A stretch of DNA of 64,000 nucleotides from Candidatus Spyradenecus sp. (lineage in GTDB: Bacteria; Verrucomicrobiota; Kiritimatiellia; RFP12; DVOR01), in the NCBI GenBank assembly GCA_045605345.1, contig JAZUPT010000005.1, positions 11,483-75,482 on the forward strand, written 5' to 3'. The notes beneath the pieces were generated by a model. The model made no database searches and was not told where the DNA came from. It saw only the letters and a list, made by a program, of their open reading frames with translations. This document shows, piece by piece, positions 19,406-29,583 of this stretch (positions are counted from its first letter, which is position 1; the number at the start of each line of letters is the position of its first letter). Both the position numbers and the translations under genes were made by a program.

Positions 19406-19587
19406 TGGCGGGTTGCCTTGAGCATCATCGTCTTTACATCAATCTCCACGCGAAATAACACGACGCCCCTCATCGTCAACCCCATGGACGACCACCTTGG
19501 GGAGAAGGATTCAACCGCTTGAGAACAAAAAAGACCGAAGGTTACTCCCTTCGGTCCTTTCATCAACGCAAGCCGTTGCGAATGCGC

Positions 19588-19893
19588 TTATTCAATTGCC
19601 AAGTTCGGCACTTCGCCAAAACGGTTGGCCACGGGTTCACTCGCCAAGCAGATGAAGACGAATAAGATAATCGGACCGACAATCGGAACAAAGTTAATCA
19701 ACATCCACCATCCCGAACGGCCCGTATCATGCAAACGGCGAATGGTTAGCAAAAAGACTAACAACGACAAGATGAATATAAAAATACTCAACGGAATCAT
19801 CGCAATTAACAGTACCAATGGATCACCTAAGGCCGTCGAAACACTCATCGCCACCTCTGCGACAAAGCTCACAATCACCATCCAGAGTTGCAC
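19588..19893 (-). CDS. DUF805 family inner-membrane protein
   Basis: RLHDTGRSGWWML motif between TM helices, typical of DUF805 (YhaH-like); 101 aa. Confidence 0.6.
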   Translation of the reverse strand: MQLWMVIVSFVAEVAMSVSTALGDPLVLLIAMIPLSIFIFILSLLVFLLTIRRLHDTGRSGWWMLINFVPIVGPIILFVFICLASEPVANRFGEVPNLAIE

Positions 19894-20255
19894 AAACCAA
19901 TATTCCGAACGCGAAGCGCGTCCCTGTGCGGTCCCAACGCCACAACTTACACCATGCCTCAGTCATTGAAACCATGCGCTGACGCACGCGCGAAGCATTT
20001 CCTTCTGTCATCATCCGTCCTTTCTAATTGTAAGTACTTCAATTAACAAGATGATAATAAGATAACACTGAAATGTCAAACATTTTCACTGTTTTACGCA
20101 CCTTTTTACCCCTTTTTCGTACACCGCTTTTCACCCTCAACCGCCTCCCATTACACTCCCTCCAACACAAAAAAATACATTTTTCGAAAAAATAGATTGA
20201 CTTCACGCCTCAAGGTTTGATATCTTACTGAAACAAATGACGCACCATTAGCGTG

Positions 20256-20328
20256 CGGGTGTAGCTCAATGGCAGAGCTCCAGCCTTCCAAGCTGGCCAC
20301 GAGGGTTCGATTCCCTTCACCCGCTCCA
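20256..20328 (+). tRNA. tRNA-Gly (anticodon TCC)
   Basis: Cloverleaf read by hand: acceptor GCGGGTG/CACCCGC, anticodon stem CCAGC/GCTGG with loop CTTCCAA, T-loop TTCGATT, encoded CCA. Confidence 0.9.
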
Positions 20329-20336
20329 CTAAGCAC

Positions 20337-20421
20337 GCCGGAGTGGTGAAATGGCAGACACAGCAGACTCAAAATCTGCCGCCCCTAAAGCGTGAGGGTT
20401 CGAGTCCCTCCTCCGGCACCA
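20337..20421 (+). tRNA. tRNA-Leu (anticodon CAA)
   Basis: Acceptor GCCGGAG/CTCCGGC, anticodon stem GCAGA/TCTGC with loop CTCAAAA, long variable arm, T-loop TTCGAGT, CCA. Confidence 0.9.
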
Positions 20422-20445
20422 TTTCCGTCATTTGCCTACCGCTTC

Positions 20446-20522
20446 GGGCGGGTAACTCAGTTGGTTAGAGTTCCTGATTTACACTCAGGCTGTCGGCGGT
20501 TCGAGTCCGTCTCCGCCCACCA
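20446..20522 (+). tRNA. tRNA-Val (anticodon TAC)
   Basis: Acceptor GGGCGGG/TCCGCCC (one G-U), anticodon stem CCTGA/TCAGG with loop TTTACAC, T-loop TTCGAGT, CCA. Confidence 0.88.
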
Positions 20523-20540
20523 TAAACGAGCTTTACATCT

Positions 20541-20577
20541 AAAAAACCAGCCTATTCGGCTGGCTTTTTTGTTTTTT
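20541..20577. terminator. Bidirectional rho-independent terminator
   Basis: AAAAAA-CCAGCC-TATTC-GGCTGG-CTTTTTTGTTTTTT lies between the tRNA operon (+) and the 3' end of the minus-strand gene at 20595. Confidence 0.65.
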
Positions 20578-20594
20578 CAGCACTTATCGCAAGC

Positions 20595-20912
20595 TTAGGG
20601 AAGCACGTACACGTGCGGATAACCGAGCGCCTTGAGGGTTTGAATGGCCTGCTCTGCACGTTGACCACCGCGTCCGTCAACATAAATTTCAATCGACTTA
20701 TCACGAATAAGTGTCGAGGCTTTCGCTTCAATTTCATCACAGGACAAATTAATCGCGGCATTTACATGATCTGCTGCGAATGCTTCTGGCGTGCGCACAT
20801 CCAAATAAACTTGCTCTGGTGCGTAAGTAATGGGCAACATCTCTTCAGGAAAACAACCGCCGCAGAGCAGCACACTCACCACACTGCACGCCATAACAAA
20901 TCCCAACTTCAT
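20595..20912 (-). CDS. Rhodanese-like domain lipoprotein, probably catalytically inactive
   Basis: MKLGFVMACSVVSVLLCGGC lipobox. The rhodanese-like fold carries Asp where the catalytic Cys is expected (IYVDGRGGQRAEQA). Confidence 0.5.
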   Translation of the reverse strand: MKLGFVMACSVVSVLLCGGCFPEEMLPITYAPEQVYLDVRTPEAFAADHVNAAINLSCDEIEAKASTLIRDKSIEIYVDGRGGQRAEQAIQTLKALGYPHVYVLP

Positions 20913-21169
20913 CTGCCGCGCCCTTTCTATTCGCACTGACAACTTCAAAAAGGGGGTTTTTAGGTCAATTAATCCCCAAAAAAAGAGTCCTTTCTTCGCC
21001 CCCAAGATAACACACTTTGCAAAAGCTTTTCAATGACAATTTCGTTCAGCATTTCCTCTGACTCGGCTCAGGTGGCAAAACAGGGTGCAGGCAAGACATT
21101 TTCGACAAGCCTTTCTGTTGTCGCGAGAGGATTTATGTTATACTTTTCCTTCGGAAAAAGGATACATCT

Positions 21170-22723
21170 ATGGCACGTGAAAACTGGACCTCTTCTATCG
21201 GTTTCATCTTAGCTTCTGCAGGCTCGGCAATCGGCTTAGGCAACATTTGGAAATTCCCTTACATGGCAGGCACCAATGGTGGGGGTACCTTTGTCTTCGT
21301 GTACCTCCTCTGCGTTTTTTTGATTGGCCTGCCTGTGATGTGCTCTGAGATGCTCATTGGCCGCGTCACGCGCCGCAATGTCATTAATGCCCTCGGCAAG
21401 ATTGAACTCATCTCCTCCTCTACCTTCGGCAGAAACATCCTCTGCTTCCTTGCAGGCGCGGCGATGGTCTTATTTGCCTCCATCCACGCTTGGCTTTTGG
21501 CAGGGGCAAGTTTGATTGGCGCAGTTGCCTTTGCCCGAAAGGGCTTTGCCGCGGTGGGATGGGTCTGCGCAATTTTATCCTTCGCCATTCTCTCCTACTA
21601 TGCTGTTGTGGGCGGCTGGATTGTGGAGTACGTTTGGCGTTCGCTCACCGCGACCTTCACTGACATCGAAGGCGTCACGGCAGTAGAAGTCGCCAAACAG
21701 TCCACCACCGAATTTGGTGCTTACACTGCCAATCCTTGGCGCGTTTTGATTGGATTCGCCATCTTCATGGCGCTCACGGGAGCCGTCATTCTGGGCGGGA
21801 TTCAGGCGGGTATCGAACGCGTGAGCAAGATTTTAATGCCGGCACTCTTCGTCCTGCTTTTGGTTGTGATTGTGCGTAGCGTGACCCTACCTGGAGCATG
21901 GGAAGGCGTGGTCTTCCTTTTGAAGCCCACCGCGGCTGCATTCTCCCCCAAAGTCATCATGATGGCCCTCGGCCAAGCCTTCTTCTCCCTCTCCTTAGGC
22001 ATGGCAATCACCGTCACCTACGGATCCTACCTCAAGCGCGACCAATCCATCCTCCATGCGGCAGGTTGGGTGGGTATCTTAGACACCTTGGCCGCCTTAT
22101 TGGCAGGTTTAGCCATTTTCCCTGCGGTCTTCTCCGTGGGCTTAGACCCCTCTGCGGGCCCAGGTCTCATCTTCGGGGCACTGCCCGCCACCTTCGCCAC
22201 GATGCCCTTAGGGGCGATTTGGGCAACCGCCTTCTTCTTCATGCTCTTGATTGCGGCAGTGACCAGCTCGGCCTCCCTCTTAGAATGCACGGCGACCGTC
22301 CTCATTGAACGCATGCGCAAGCACCACAAACGTTGCACCCGCCGATGCGCAGTATGGATTGCCTTCATCACCTGTTCCCTCGCTGGCTTACTCTCTGTCT
22401 TCTCAACGGCCGACTGGTCCTACCTCCCGTGCGTTGAAAAGGGCGTGCGCTGGTGCTTAGGTTCGCTCACGCAGGGCAACTGGTTTGACACCCTCGACAA
22501 CCTCTGCTCCAACTGGGGTCTCCCCTTCACGGCGTTGATTATTGCCCTCTTGATTGGGTGGGTCTATGGCACGCGCCGCGCGAAGATTAACCTCCTCTCT
22601 TCGGATGCCACCAAAAATCCGCCCAAGTGGTTGCTCACTGCGTGGGGCATCTCGGTGAAATGGATCGCGCCAGTGGCGATTTTGATTGTGTTCTTAACCA
22701 TGTCTGGGTTGCTCAAGTTATGA
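21170..22723 (+). CDS. Neurotransmitter:sodium symporter (NSS/SNF) family transporter
   Basis: GLGNIWKFPYMAGTNGGGTFVFVYL NSS signature; 12 TM helices; 517 aa. Confidence 0.85.
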   Translation: MARENWTSSIGFILASAGSAIGLGNIWKFPYMAGTNGGGTFVFVYLLCVFLIGLPVMCSEMLIGRVTRRNVINALGKIELISSSTFGRNILCFLAGAAMVLFASIHAWLLAGASLIGAVAFARKGFAAVGWVCAILSFAILSYYAVVGGWIVEYVWRSLTATFTDIEGVTAVEVAKQSTTEFGAYTANPWRVLIGFAIFMALTGAVILGGIQAGIERVSKILMPALFVLLLVVIVRSVTLPGAWEGVVFLLKPTAAAFSPKVIMMALGQAFFSLSLGMAITVTYGSYLKRDQSILHAAGWVGILDTLAALLAGLAIFPAVFSVGLDPSAGPGLIFGALPATFATMPLGAIWATAFFFMLLIAAVTSSASLLECTATVLIERMRKHHKRCTRRCAVWIAFITCSLAGLLSVFSTADWSYLPCVEKGVRWCLGSLTQGNWFDTLDNLCSNWGLPFTALIIALLIGWVYGTRRAKINLLSSDATKNPPKWLLTAWGISVKWIAPVAILIVFLTMSGLLKL

Positions 22724-23523
22724 ACCGCCTCCTCCTCTCCCTCCTCTGTGGCGTCTGCCTCGCCCCCTGCCTAAAGGCCGCGTTAGCGCCCAAGGCGACC
22801 TATCAAGAAATCATTGACGCCAAACCCTTCGGCGACATGGCGAAAGAGACAGAGACTGACACCGTCGCCCTCGCCGAGCAACAGAAGCAAAAGGAAGAAA
22901 TTGCGCAGAAATTCCGCATGTGCGGCATCACCGACATGCCCGATGGCTCACGCAAAATCGCCTTTCTTGACGAAACCAAAGGCTCCATGGAGAGTTACCT
23001 CCTCGGCGAAGGCGAAACGCAAAATGGCTTCACTCTGGTCACCGCAGACTACGATCGCGAGTATGCCACGTTGACCAAAGACGGCGTCACCTTCACCCTC
23101 GGCCTCGGCAAGGGGCTCATTGATGCGCCCCCCGAAGTGGATGCCGCGGCCCCAGTTGCCGAGGCACACCCCAAGATGAAGGCTGCCGCACCGCAAGCCG
23201 CCACCACTCCGGCCCCCAGAGCCAAAGAGGGCTCCTTCCGGTCGCGCCTCTTAAAGCGTCGCGCCGCCCAACAGCAGGCAGAAAAGAGTGAAAAGGCAGC
23301 CCTCCAACAACGCGTTGCCGAGATGGAAGCTGAACGCGTCCAAGCGAACCGTCGCGCACAAATCGAACGCATCAAGCAGGGTCTCGCCCCCACCCAACCC
23401 ATCCAATTGACCCCCGAAGAAGATGCAGAATTGGAAGCGGCAGGTGTTTTCAAGAGCGAAGAAGAACGTCTGCAAGCCGCTCAAGAGGCCGCTCGCGAAC
23501 AAGAACCGCAGTTAATGCAATAA
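22720..23523 (+). CDS. Secreted low-complexity (Ala/Glu/Gln-rich) hypothetical protein
   Basis: ATG at 22720 overlaps the NSS stop (ATGA). Signal peptide MNRLLLSLLCGVCLAPCLKA; acidic/Ala-rich C-terminus. Confidence 0.5.
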   Translation: MNRLLLSLLCGVCLAPCLKAALAPKATYQEIIDAKPFGDMAKETETDTVALAEQQKQKEEIAQKFRMCGITDMPDGSRKIAFLDETKGSMESYLLGEGETQNGFTLVTADYDREYATLTKDGVTFTLGLGKGLIDAPPEVDAAAPVAEAHPKMKAAAPQAATTPAPRAKEGSFRSRLLKRRAAQQQAEKSEKAALQQRVAEMEAERVQANRRAQIERIKQGLAPTQPIQLTPEEDAELEAAGVFKSEEERLQAAQEAAREQEPQLMQ

Positions 23524-23537
23524 GAAGAATTCGCACC

Positions 23538-24236
23538 ATGAAGTATTCGCAACCGACACCCGAGGCCATTGATGCCGAGGTCGCCCGCCTCAAGCCGCGT
23601 TATGAAACCTTTATGAAGGCCAATAACGCCACCCCAGATGATGCACAACTGCGTGAATGGGCCGCCGAAAATCTGCGCGAACAAATCATTCTCGAAACCG
23701 ATGCGGCGAAACAAAAGCAGAGCGTTGACCAACTCCTCAAAGCAATTGCCGCCAAAGCGCCTCGCGTAACCGTGGATGATGCTCGCCAATGCTACAAAGC
23801 GCATCCCGAATCCTTCCTTTTGCCCGAACGCGTCCACGCGAAACACATTGTCATTCATCGCGACAATGCGACTGCGGCAGAAGCCACCGCGACCCTGCTC
23901 AACCTCCGAGCGAAGTTGATTGCTGGCACCACCACTTGGGAGGCTGCTGTAAGCGAAGTTTCCTCCTGCCCCAACAACACCGACCTCGGCTTCTTCCGTC
24001 GCGGAATGATGTACGAATCCTTTGAAGAGGCCGCCTTTGCCGCCGCAGAGGATAGCATTACCGATGTGGTTGAAACGCCGCTCGGGTGGCACATCATCCA
24101 CGTCATCGCCCACTTACCTGAAGAGCCCGCCCTCTTCGAAGAGGTCAAAGAAGGCTTGATGGCCGAATTGCAAACCCAACGCGACCGCGAAGCCATTGAA
24201 GCCTACGTTGACGAACGCAAACAGTACTTTGCGTAA
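23538..24236 (+). CDS. Parvulin-type peptidyl-prolyl cis-trans isomerase (PpiC/SurA-like)
   Basis: C-terminal parvulin domain (AKHIVIH ... GFFRRGMM ... TPLGWHIIHV). Confidence 0.7.
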   Translation: MKYSQPTPEAIDAEVARLKPRYETFMKANNATPDDAQLREWAAENLREQIILETDAAKQKQSVDQLLKAIAAKAPRVTVDDARQCYKAHPESFLLPERVHAKHIVIHRDNATAAEATATLLNLRAKLIAGTTTWEAAVSEVSSCPNNTDLGFFRRGMMYESFEEAAFAAAEDSITDVVETPLGWHIIHVIAHLPEEPALFEEVKEGLMAELQTQRDREAIEAYVDERKQYFA

Positions 24237-24290
24237 TCCTTTTAGTTTCTTTCGCTTAACTGAGCACTCCACCTGGCAAGGTTTTCACTT

Positions 24291-25553
24291 ATGGACCTCT
24301 TTCTCCGTTTTCTTTCTGCCCTTTGGGACACCGCACAAGCGATGGCTCCGTGGTTACTTTTCGGCTTTTTGGCGGCAGGCCTCTTAAGTCTGTTCTTCTC
24401 ACCAGCGTTAGTCTGCCGCTTCCTTGGACGCGCAGCGGGAAAGAAAGCAGTGGCATTGGCGGTCTTACTCGGTGTGCCCCTTCCCCTGTGCTCCTGTGGT
24501 GTTTTGCCCTTAGCCGCCTCTATCAAACGCAGCGGCGCATCAAAAGGCGCGATGGCTGCCTTCTTAATTTCCACACCACAGACAGGCATTGACTCCTTCT
24601 TTGCCACAGGCTCCCTCCTCGGCTGGGTCTTCGCCTTGGTGCGCCCCTTAGTGGCCACCCTCACAGGACTCGCCGGCGGCTTCGCCATTCAAGCAATTGA
24701 TAACGAGACGCTTACCACGGATACGCCTCCCGCAACCGAAGCACCTCCGCAAACCTCCCTTTTCGGCAAACTCCTCGCCGCGCTCCAATATGGTTATCTG
24801 ACCCTGCTCAAAGGCATCGCACCTGCGCTCCTCATCGGGTTAATCATTTCGGCACTGATTCTCGTCTTCGTCCCCGACAGCCTCTTTAGCAGTGAAGCCC
24901 TCGGCAATGATTGGATTGCCTTCCCCGTGATGTTGCTCATTGGCATGCCGATGTATGTCTGCAGCACGGCCTCCATCCCTGTGGCACTCGCCTTAATGGC
25001 GAAGGGGATCTCCCCTGGTGCAGCGCTCATCTTCCTCATTGTGGGCCCCGCACTCAATGGCGCGAGCCTCACTGTGCTCTTGCAACTCCTCGGCAAAAAG
25101 TGTCTCGCAGTCTACCTCTTCATCATCTCCCTCGCCGCCGTGCTCGCAGGCCTCGCCCTCAATGCCGCCAATGCCGCCTGGGGTCTCCTCCCGAACTATG
25201 CCGAACTCGCCACAAACACCTGCCACGGCGCTTGCGGCGGAACCGCCCCTCTCCGTCCAATTTTCGCAACGATTCTCTTTGCCTTATTGGCGTGGCACCT
25301 CGTCATTCGTCCCCTCCTCTCCCGCCTCTCTGCCCAAAAGGTGCTTGCCGCTGCCCAACCCCATGAGCGCCTTGTCACCGTGAAGAAGATGCGGTGCGAC
25401 CACTGCCGTGGCGCCGTCAAGCAGTTGCTCCAATCTTACCCCCAAGTGACCGCGGTCACCCTTGTGGATAATGAAACCTTTCGCGTGGAGGGCGTGTTGC
25501 CCGAAACATTGGCAGCCGATATCACCAAACTCGGATTTGAACTCTCAGAATGA
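24291..25553 (+). CDS. Permease (DUF318/YraQ-like) fused to a C-terminal heavy-metal-associated (HMA) domain
   Basis: Two CSCG/Cys-containing permease repeats; C-terminal MRCDHCRGAVKQLLQ M-x-C-x-x-C HMA motif. Confidence 0.55.
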   Translation: MDLFLRFLSALWDTAQAMAPWLLFGFLAAGLLSLFFSPALVCRFLGRAAGKKAVALAVLLGVPLPLCSCGVLPLAASIKRSGASKGAMAAFLISTPQTGIDSFFATGSLLGWVFALVRPLVATLTGLAGGFAIQAIDNETLTTDTPPATEAPPQTSLFGKLLAALQYGYLTLLKGIAPALLIGLIISALILVFVPDSLFSSEALGNDWIAFPVMLLIGMPMYVCSTASIPVALALMAKGISPGAALIFLIVGPALNGASLTVLLQLLGKKCLAVYLFIISLAAVLAGLALNAANAAWGLLPNYAELATNTCHGACGGTAPLRPIFATILFALLAWHLVIRPLLSRLSAQKVLAAAQPHERLVTVKKMRCDHCRGAVKQLLQSYPQVTAVTLVDNETFRVEGVLPETLAADITKLGFELSE

Positions 25554-26164
25554 CCGACACCCCCACCATTGCTATCATTGCCAACGGCGAAGCGCCCCGT
25601 CACCCAGAGGTGCTTGCCGCGCTTGCCCGATGTGAGGCGTGTGTGTGTTGCGATCGCGTTCCTCCAGAGGGCGCACCCGCACTCCTGCAAATCGTTGGGG
25701 ATTTGGACACCTTTTCGGGCGATATCGCCCCTGAGTTATTGACCGACCTGCACGAAGACCAAGAGACCAACGACCTCACAAAGGCAATGAATTGGCTCGC
25801 CGGCGCACGCCCTGGCGTAGCGGTGGACTACTTTGCAGTCACGGGATTGCGCGAAGATCACACCCTTGCGAATCTGGCCCTCATTTCAGCTGCGGGGCGT
25901 CCTGCTCGCATTTTTACGGAAACAGGGCGTTTTCACCTTTTGGCGCCAGGCGAGTCCCTCCTCGATGTAACGCCCAATATGCCCGTCTCCTTCCTCTCAT
26001 TCACGCCGCAGTACATCACCGTACAGGGCGTCGTTTGGCCCGTTGAGAACCTCCTCCTCGACACCCTTTGGCGCGCCACCCTCAATCGCACCACCGCCCC
26101 TCGCCTGCACATTCAGTGCGAGCAACCCCTCTTTGTCTATCTTCCCTGGAGAACCAAGTCATGA
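25550..26164 (+). CDS. Thiamine pyrophosphokinase-like protein
   Basis: IVGDLDTFSGD motif resembling the TPK GDxDS signature; ATGA overlap with the upstream gene. Confidence 0.6.
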   Translation: MTDTPTIAIIANGEAPRHPEVLAALARCEACVCCDRVPPEGAPALLQIVGDLDTFSGDIAPELLTDLHEDQETNDLTKAMNWLAGARPGVAVDYFAVTGLREDHTLANLALISAAGRPARIFTETGRFHLLAPGESLLDVTPNMPVSFLSFTPQYITVQGVVWPVENLLLDTLWRATLNRTTAPRLHIQCEQPLFVYLPWRTKS

Positions 26165-26673
26165 AAAAATACCTCCTCCTGCTCGGGCTAACCCTCTCAC
26201 TCCTCTTTTCGGGATGGGGATGCTCGGCCTATTGGTACCGTTCACCTGAGAAATTTGTCGTTTCAAATTCCCGCTTAAACTGGGTTCACATCTACTATCA
26301 AGCGAATGAAAAAGCCCCTCGTGTGCGTTGCGAAATGAGTGACAATGGCCAAATCATGGTATTGGAAGGTCACTCGGTCACCGTCGGCGACAATTTTAAT
26401 ATTGAATATCACAAAAAGGAATTTGGCGACGTCCGCAAGTACTACTACAGCATGGACCCAGAGATGTTTCGTATGACCTTGCAGATGCTCGTTGATGCAG
26501 GTCTCATGGAACGTGAAAAGTTGGAAGAAGACGACCCCGCCTATCCCAAGGTGATGATTAAAGCGAATATCAACCACGTTAAGCAAGACAAGTTTACCGT
26601 GAACGAGACCCTCATTGATGAAATCCGCACGCTCCTCTTCCAATGCAAGATGAGTGGCACCCTCACTCGTTAA
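26161..26673 (+). CDS. Hypothetical lipoprotein
   Basis: MKKYLLLLGLTLSLLFSGWGC lipobox; ATGA overlap with the upstream stop. Confidence 0.5.
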   Translation: MKKYLLLLGLTLSLLFSGWGCSAYWYRSPEKFVVSNSRLNWVHIYYQANEKAPRVRCEMSDNGQIMVLEGHSVTVGDNFNIEYHKKEFGDVRKYYYSMDPEMFRMTLQMLVDAGLMEREKLEEDDPAYPKVMIKANINHVKQDKFTVNETLIDEIRTLLFQCKMSGTLTR

Positions 26674-26695
26674 CCCACGCATTACGGCTTACACT

Positions 26696-27520
26696 ATGTT
26701 TCCCCAACTCTTTACCCTCGGCAGCATTACCATTCAGACCTACGGGCTCTGCATGGCGATTGGTTTCATCCTCTGCTACACCTTGGCAGACCTCCTTGCC
26801 AAACGCACAGGACGTAATCCGAATGAAGTGCAGACCATCGTCATGTTGGCGGCGATTGGTGGCGTCATTGGCGCACGTATCGTCTATGTTTGGCAGAACT
26901 GGGCCACGGAATTTGCCGAAAAACCCTTAGAAATGTTTCACATTTGGAAGGGTGGCTTAGTCTTCTACGGCGGCTTCATCCTCGCCACCATCGCATTGCT
27001 AACCTATGCCAAACTGAAGAAAGAGTCCCTCCTCTCCTTTGCAGACTTCTGCGCTATCTTTGTGCCGTTAGGTCATGCCTTCGGGCGCGTGGGGTGTTTC
27101 TTCTTCGGGTGTTGCTACGGACATCTCTGCCAAGACGGCCCCCTCGCGATTGCCTTCCCCAAGGGCTCTCCTGCGTGGTCGCACCAAGTCGCACACAACC
27201 TCATCTCACCCTATTCCTCAAAGGCACTCCCCGTCTGCCCGACCCAACTCATTGAGGCGGCTGGATGTGCCCTCCTCTTCATCACCCTATGGTGGTGTTA
27301 CGCAAAATTCCGTCACCTGCGCGGACTCTGCGCGGCGATTTACTGCGCTGGTTATGCATGCCTTCGCTTCCTCGTAGAGTGCTTACGCGATGACCCCCGT
27401 GGCGACACCTACTTTGGCCTCACCTTTAGTCAACTCATCTCCGTGGCGCTCCTCATCGCGGCCGCCGCTTTATTTACCCTCGCATTCAAAGGAAAACAAA
27501 ATGGAACAGTCCACCGTTGA
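26696..27520 (+). CDS. lgt: Prolipoprotein diacylglyceryl transferase
   Basis: MFPQLFTLGSITIQTYGLCMAIGF N-terminus; Lgt signature GGVIGARIVYV. Confidence 0.85.
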   Translation: MFPQLFTLGSITIQTYGLCMAIGFILCYTLADLLAKRTGRNPNEVQTIVMLAAIGGVIGARIVYVWQNWATEFAEKPLEMFHIWKGGLVFYGGFILATIALLTYAKLKKESLLSFADFCAIFVPLGHAFGRVGCFFFGCCYGHLCQDGPLAIAFPKGSPAWSHQVAHNLISPYSSKALPVCPTQLIEAAGCALLFITLWWCYAKFRHLRGLCAAIYCAGYACLRFLVECLRDDPRGDTYFGLTFSQLISVALLIAAAALFTLAFKGKQNGTVHR

Positions 27521-28166
27521 TGCCATGCTCACTTGGCAGTCCACCGCACGTTTGGAACGTGTCGCTGAAAAACTCCGCAAGCGCGGTTACGACGTGACGT
27601 GTTGTGCCACACGCGATGAGGCGCGTGCGAAGGTATTGGAACTCGCAGAAGGCGCCCAGTCAATTGGCTTTGGCGGTTCGCTCTCGGTCGCGTGCTTGAA
27701 TCTTACCCGCGAAATGCGTGATGCGGGCAAGGAAATCCTGAATCACGGCTTCCCCAATCTCACCGCCGAAGAACGTGATGAGATTCGCCGTCGTCAACTC
27801 ACCTGCGACTGCTTCCTCTCCTCGGTCAATGCACTCACCGACGACGGTATCATCGTTAATGTCGACGGCGTGGGCAATCGTGTCGCCGCAATGATCTACG
27901 GACCGCGCCGCACTGTGCTCGTGATTGGCAGAAACAAACTCGTCAGTGGCGATGTTGATGCCGCCCTTGCGCGCATTGCCGAAATCGCTGGCCCCGTAAA
28001 TGCCTATCGCCTAGGGTGCAAGACCCCCTGTGCCACCACGGGAAAGTGCGCCAATTGTGCTGGCGCTAATGACGGCAGCATCTGCCGCATCACCACGGTC
28101 ATCCGCCAACGTCCCGCTTGGTCGGACATCAAAGTCCTCTTGGTCAACGAAGACCTCGGCCTCTAA
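27501..28166 (+). CDS. LUD-domain (lactate utilization LutC-like, DUF162) protein
   Basis: Overall LUD-like pattern of ~220 aa. Weak assignment made by eye. Confidence 0.4.
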   Translation: MEQSTVDAMLTWQSTARLERVAEKLRKRGYDVTCCATRDEARAKVLELAEGAQSIGFGGSLSVACLNLTREMRDAGKEILNHGFPNLTAEERDEIRRRQLTCDCFLSSVNALTDDGIIVNVDGVGNRVAAMIYGPRRTVLVIGRNKLVSGDVDAALARIAEIAGPVNAYRLGCKTPCATTGKCANCAGANDGSICRITTVIRQRPAWSDIKVLLVNEDLGL

Positions 28167-28204
28167 TCCTCCCCACCTTTTACCTGATAGCCCCCACCTT
28201 TCTT

Positions 28205-29563
28205 ATGAAATTAAAGACGTTTGGAATTATCTCCCTTGGTTGCTCCAAAAACCTCGCCGATAGCGAAGTGATGTTTGGCGCACTCTTAAAAGCGGGTTAT
28301 CAGGTGACACCGGTCCCCGAAGAAGCCGAAGTGCTCATCATTAACACCTGCGCCTTCATCGAATCTGCACGCGAAGAGGGCGCAGGTGAAATCCTTGCCG
28401 CATGCGAACGTAAGGCGGCAGGTGAACACAAAGCCGTGGTCGTCACGGGATGTATGCCGCAGCGTTACCGCGAACAGATGGCAGAGTCCTTCCCTGAAGT
28501 GGACGCATTTCTCGGCGTGGACCAACTTGATCTCCTGCCAGAAACCTTGCAGCAACTCGAAAAGCGCTCCAAGAAGGCCGCCGGAAAACCTCTGCCCGTG
28601 ACCATCGCGCCTGGGCTTCCCGTGCGCACTTTCAATAAGCCCATCCCGGCGCTCCGCTTGACGGGGCCCGTCTTTGCGTACATCAAAATCGCCGAGGGAT
28701 GCAATCATGCCTGCGCCTTCTGCGCAATTCCTCAGTTCCGCGGGCACTTACGCAGTCGTAAGCCAGAAGATATCCTCGCAGAGGCAAAGGAACTGTTGAA
28801 AACCGGCACGCGCGAAATCAATCTCGTGGCGCAAGATGTCACGGCTTATGGTCGCGACTTGCGGGACGGCACCACCCTCGCCTCCCTGCTCAAGGCTCTT
28901 GATGCGCTCGAAGGCGATTTCTGGATTCGCTTCCTCTATGGCTTCCACAACCACGTCACCGATGAACTCTTGGAGGTGATGGCAGGGGCGAAGCACATCT
29001 TGCCTTACTTTGATTTACCCATCCAACACTGCGCCCCCAATGTGTTGCGTGCGATGCGTCGCGCCGATACCATTGCCGCGATTGGCACCTTCCCCGAACG
29101 TCTTCGCACGGCAGTGCCAGGCGCAGTGCTGCGCACAACTTGCATGGTGGGCTTCCCAGGTGAAACGGAAGAGGACTTTAAGCAGTTGGAGGCCTACATC
29201 GAACGCGTCCGTTTTGACCACCTGGGCACCTTTAGCTTCTGCCCCGAAGAGGGCACACATGCCGCAACTTTGCCTGACCTGCCCGACCCGAAGACCGCCC
29301 AACGCCGCCACGCGGCATTGATGACGCTTCAAAAGCGCATCGCACGCGAAAATAATCGTGCGCGAATCGGCCTTGAAAGTCGCGCACTGGTGGTTGATTT
29401 TGACGACAACGAGGGCATTTATGTGCGCTTGCCCCACCAGGCACCTGAGGTGGATGGCCTCACCCATGTCGCCCACGCACCTGAAAACATTCGCCCCGGC
29501 GACTTCGTAAACGTGCGCATTACTGGCGCACGAGGCTACGATTTGACCGCCAAACTCATCTAA
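28205..29563 (+). CDS. rimO: Ribosomal protein S12 methylthiotransferase RimO (MiaB family)
   Basis: N-terminal MTTase domain (IISLGCSKN), radical-SAM CNHACAFC motif and C-terminal TRAM domain. Confidence 0.85.
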   Translation: MKLKTFGIISLGCSKNLADSEVMFGALLKAGYQVTPVPEEAEVLIINTCAFIESAREEGAGEILAACERKAAGEHKAVVVTGCMPQRYREQMAESFPEVDAFLGVDQLDLLPETLQQLEKRSKKAAGKPLPVTIAPGLPVRTFNKPIPALRLTGPVFAYIKIAEGCNHACAFCAIPQFRGHLRSRKPEDILAEAKELLKTGTREINLVAQDVTAYGRDLRDGTTLASLLKALDALEGDFWIRFLYGFHNHVTDELLEVMAGAKHILPYFDLPIQHCAPNVLRAMRRADTIAAIGTFPERLRTAVPGAVLRTTCMVGFPGETEEDFKQLEAYIERVRFDHLGTFSFCPEEGTHAATLPDLPDPKTAQRRHAALMTLQKRIARENNRARIGLESRALVVDFDDNEGIYVRLPHQAPEVDGLTHVAHAPENIRPGDFVNVRITGARGYDLTAKLI

Positions 29564-29583
29564 TCACCTCCGCTCTCTCGTCC

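Noticed and set aside
20151-20372. 73-aa minus-strand ORF; also 35093-35290 (-).
   Set aside because: Both are entirely antisense to tRNA genes (Gly/Leu; Phe).
21006-21169. Possible riboswitch (e.g. glycine or amino-acid sensing) upstream of the first NSS transporter.
   Set aside because: No recognisable riboswitch consensus by eye. It would need covariance-model scanning (Rfam) to assess.
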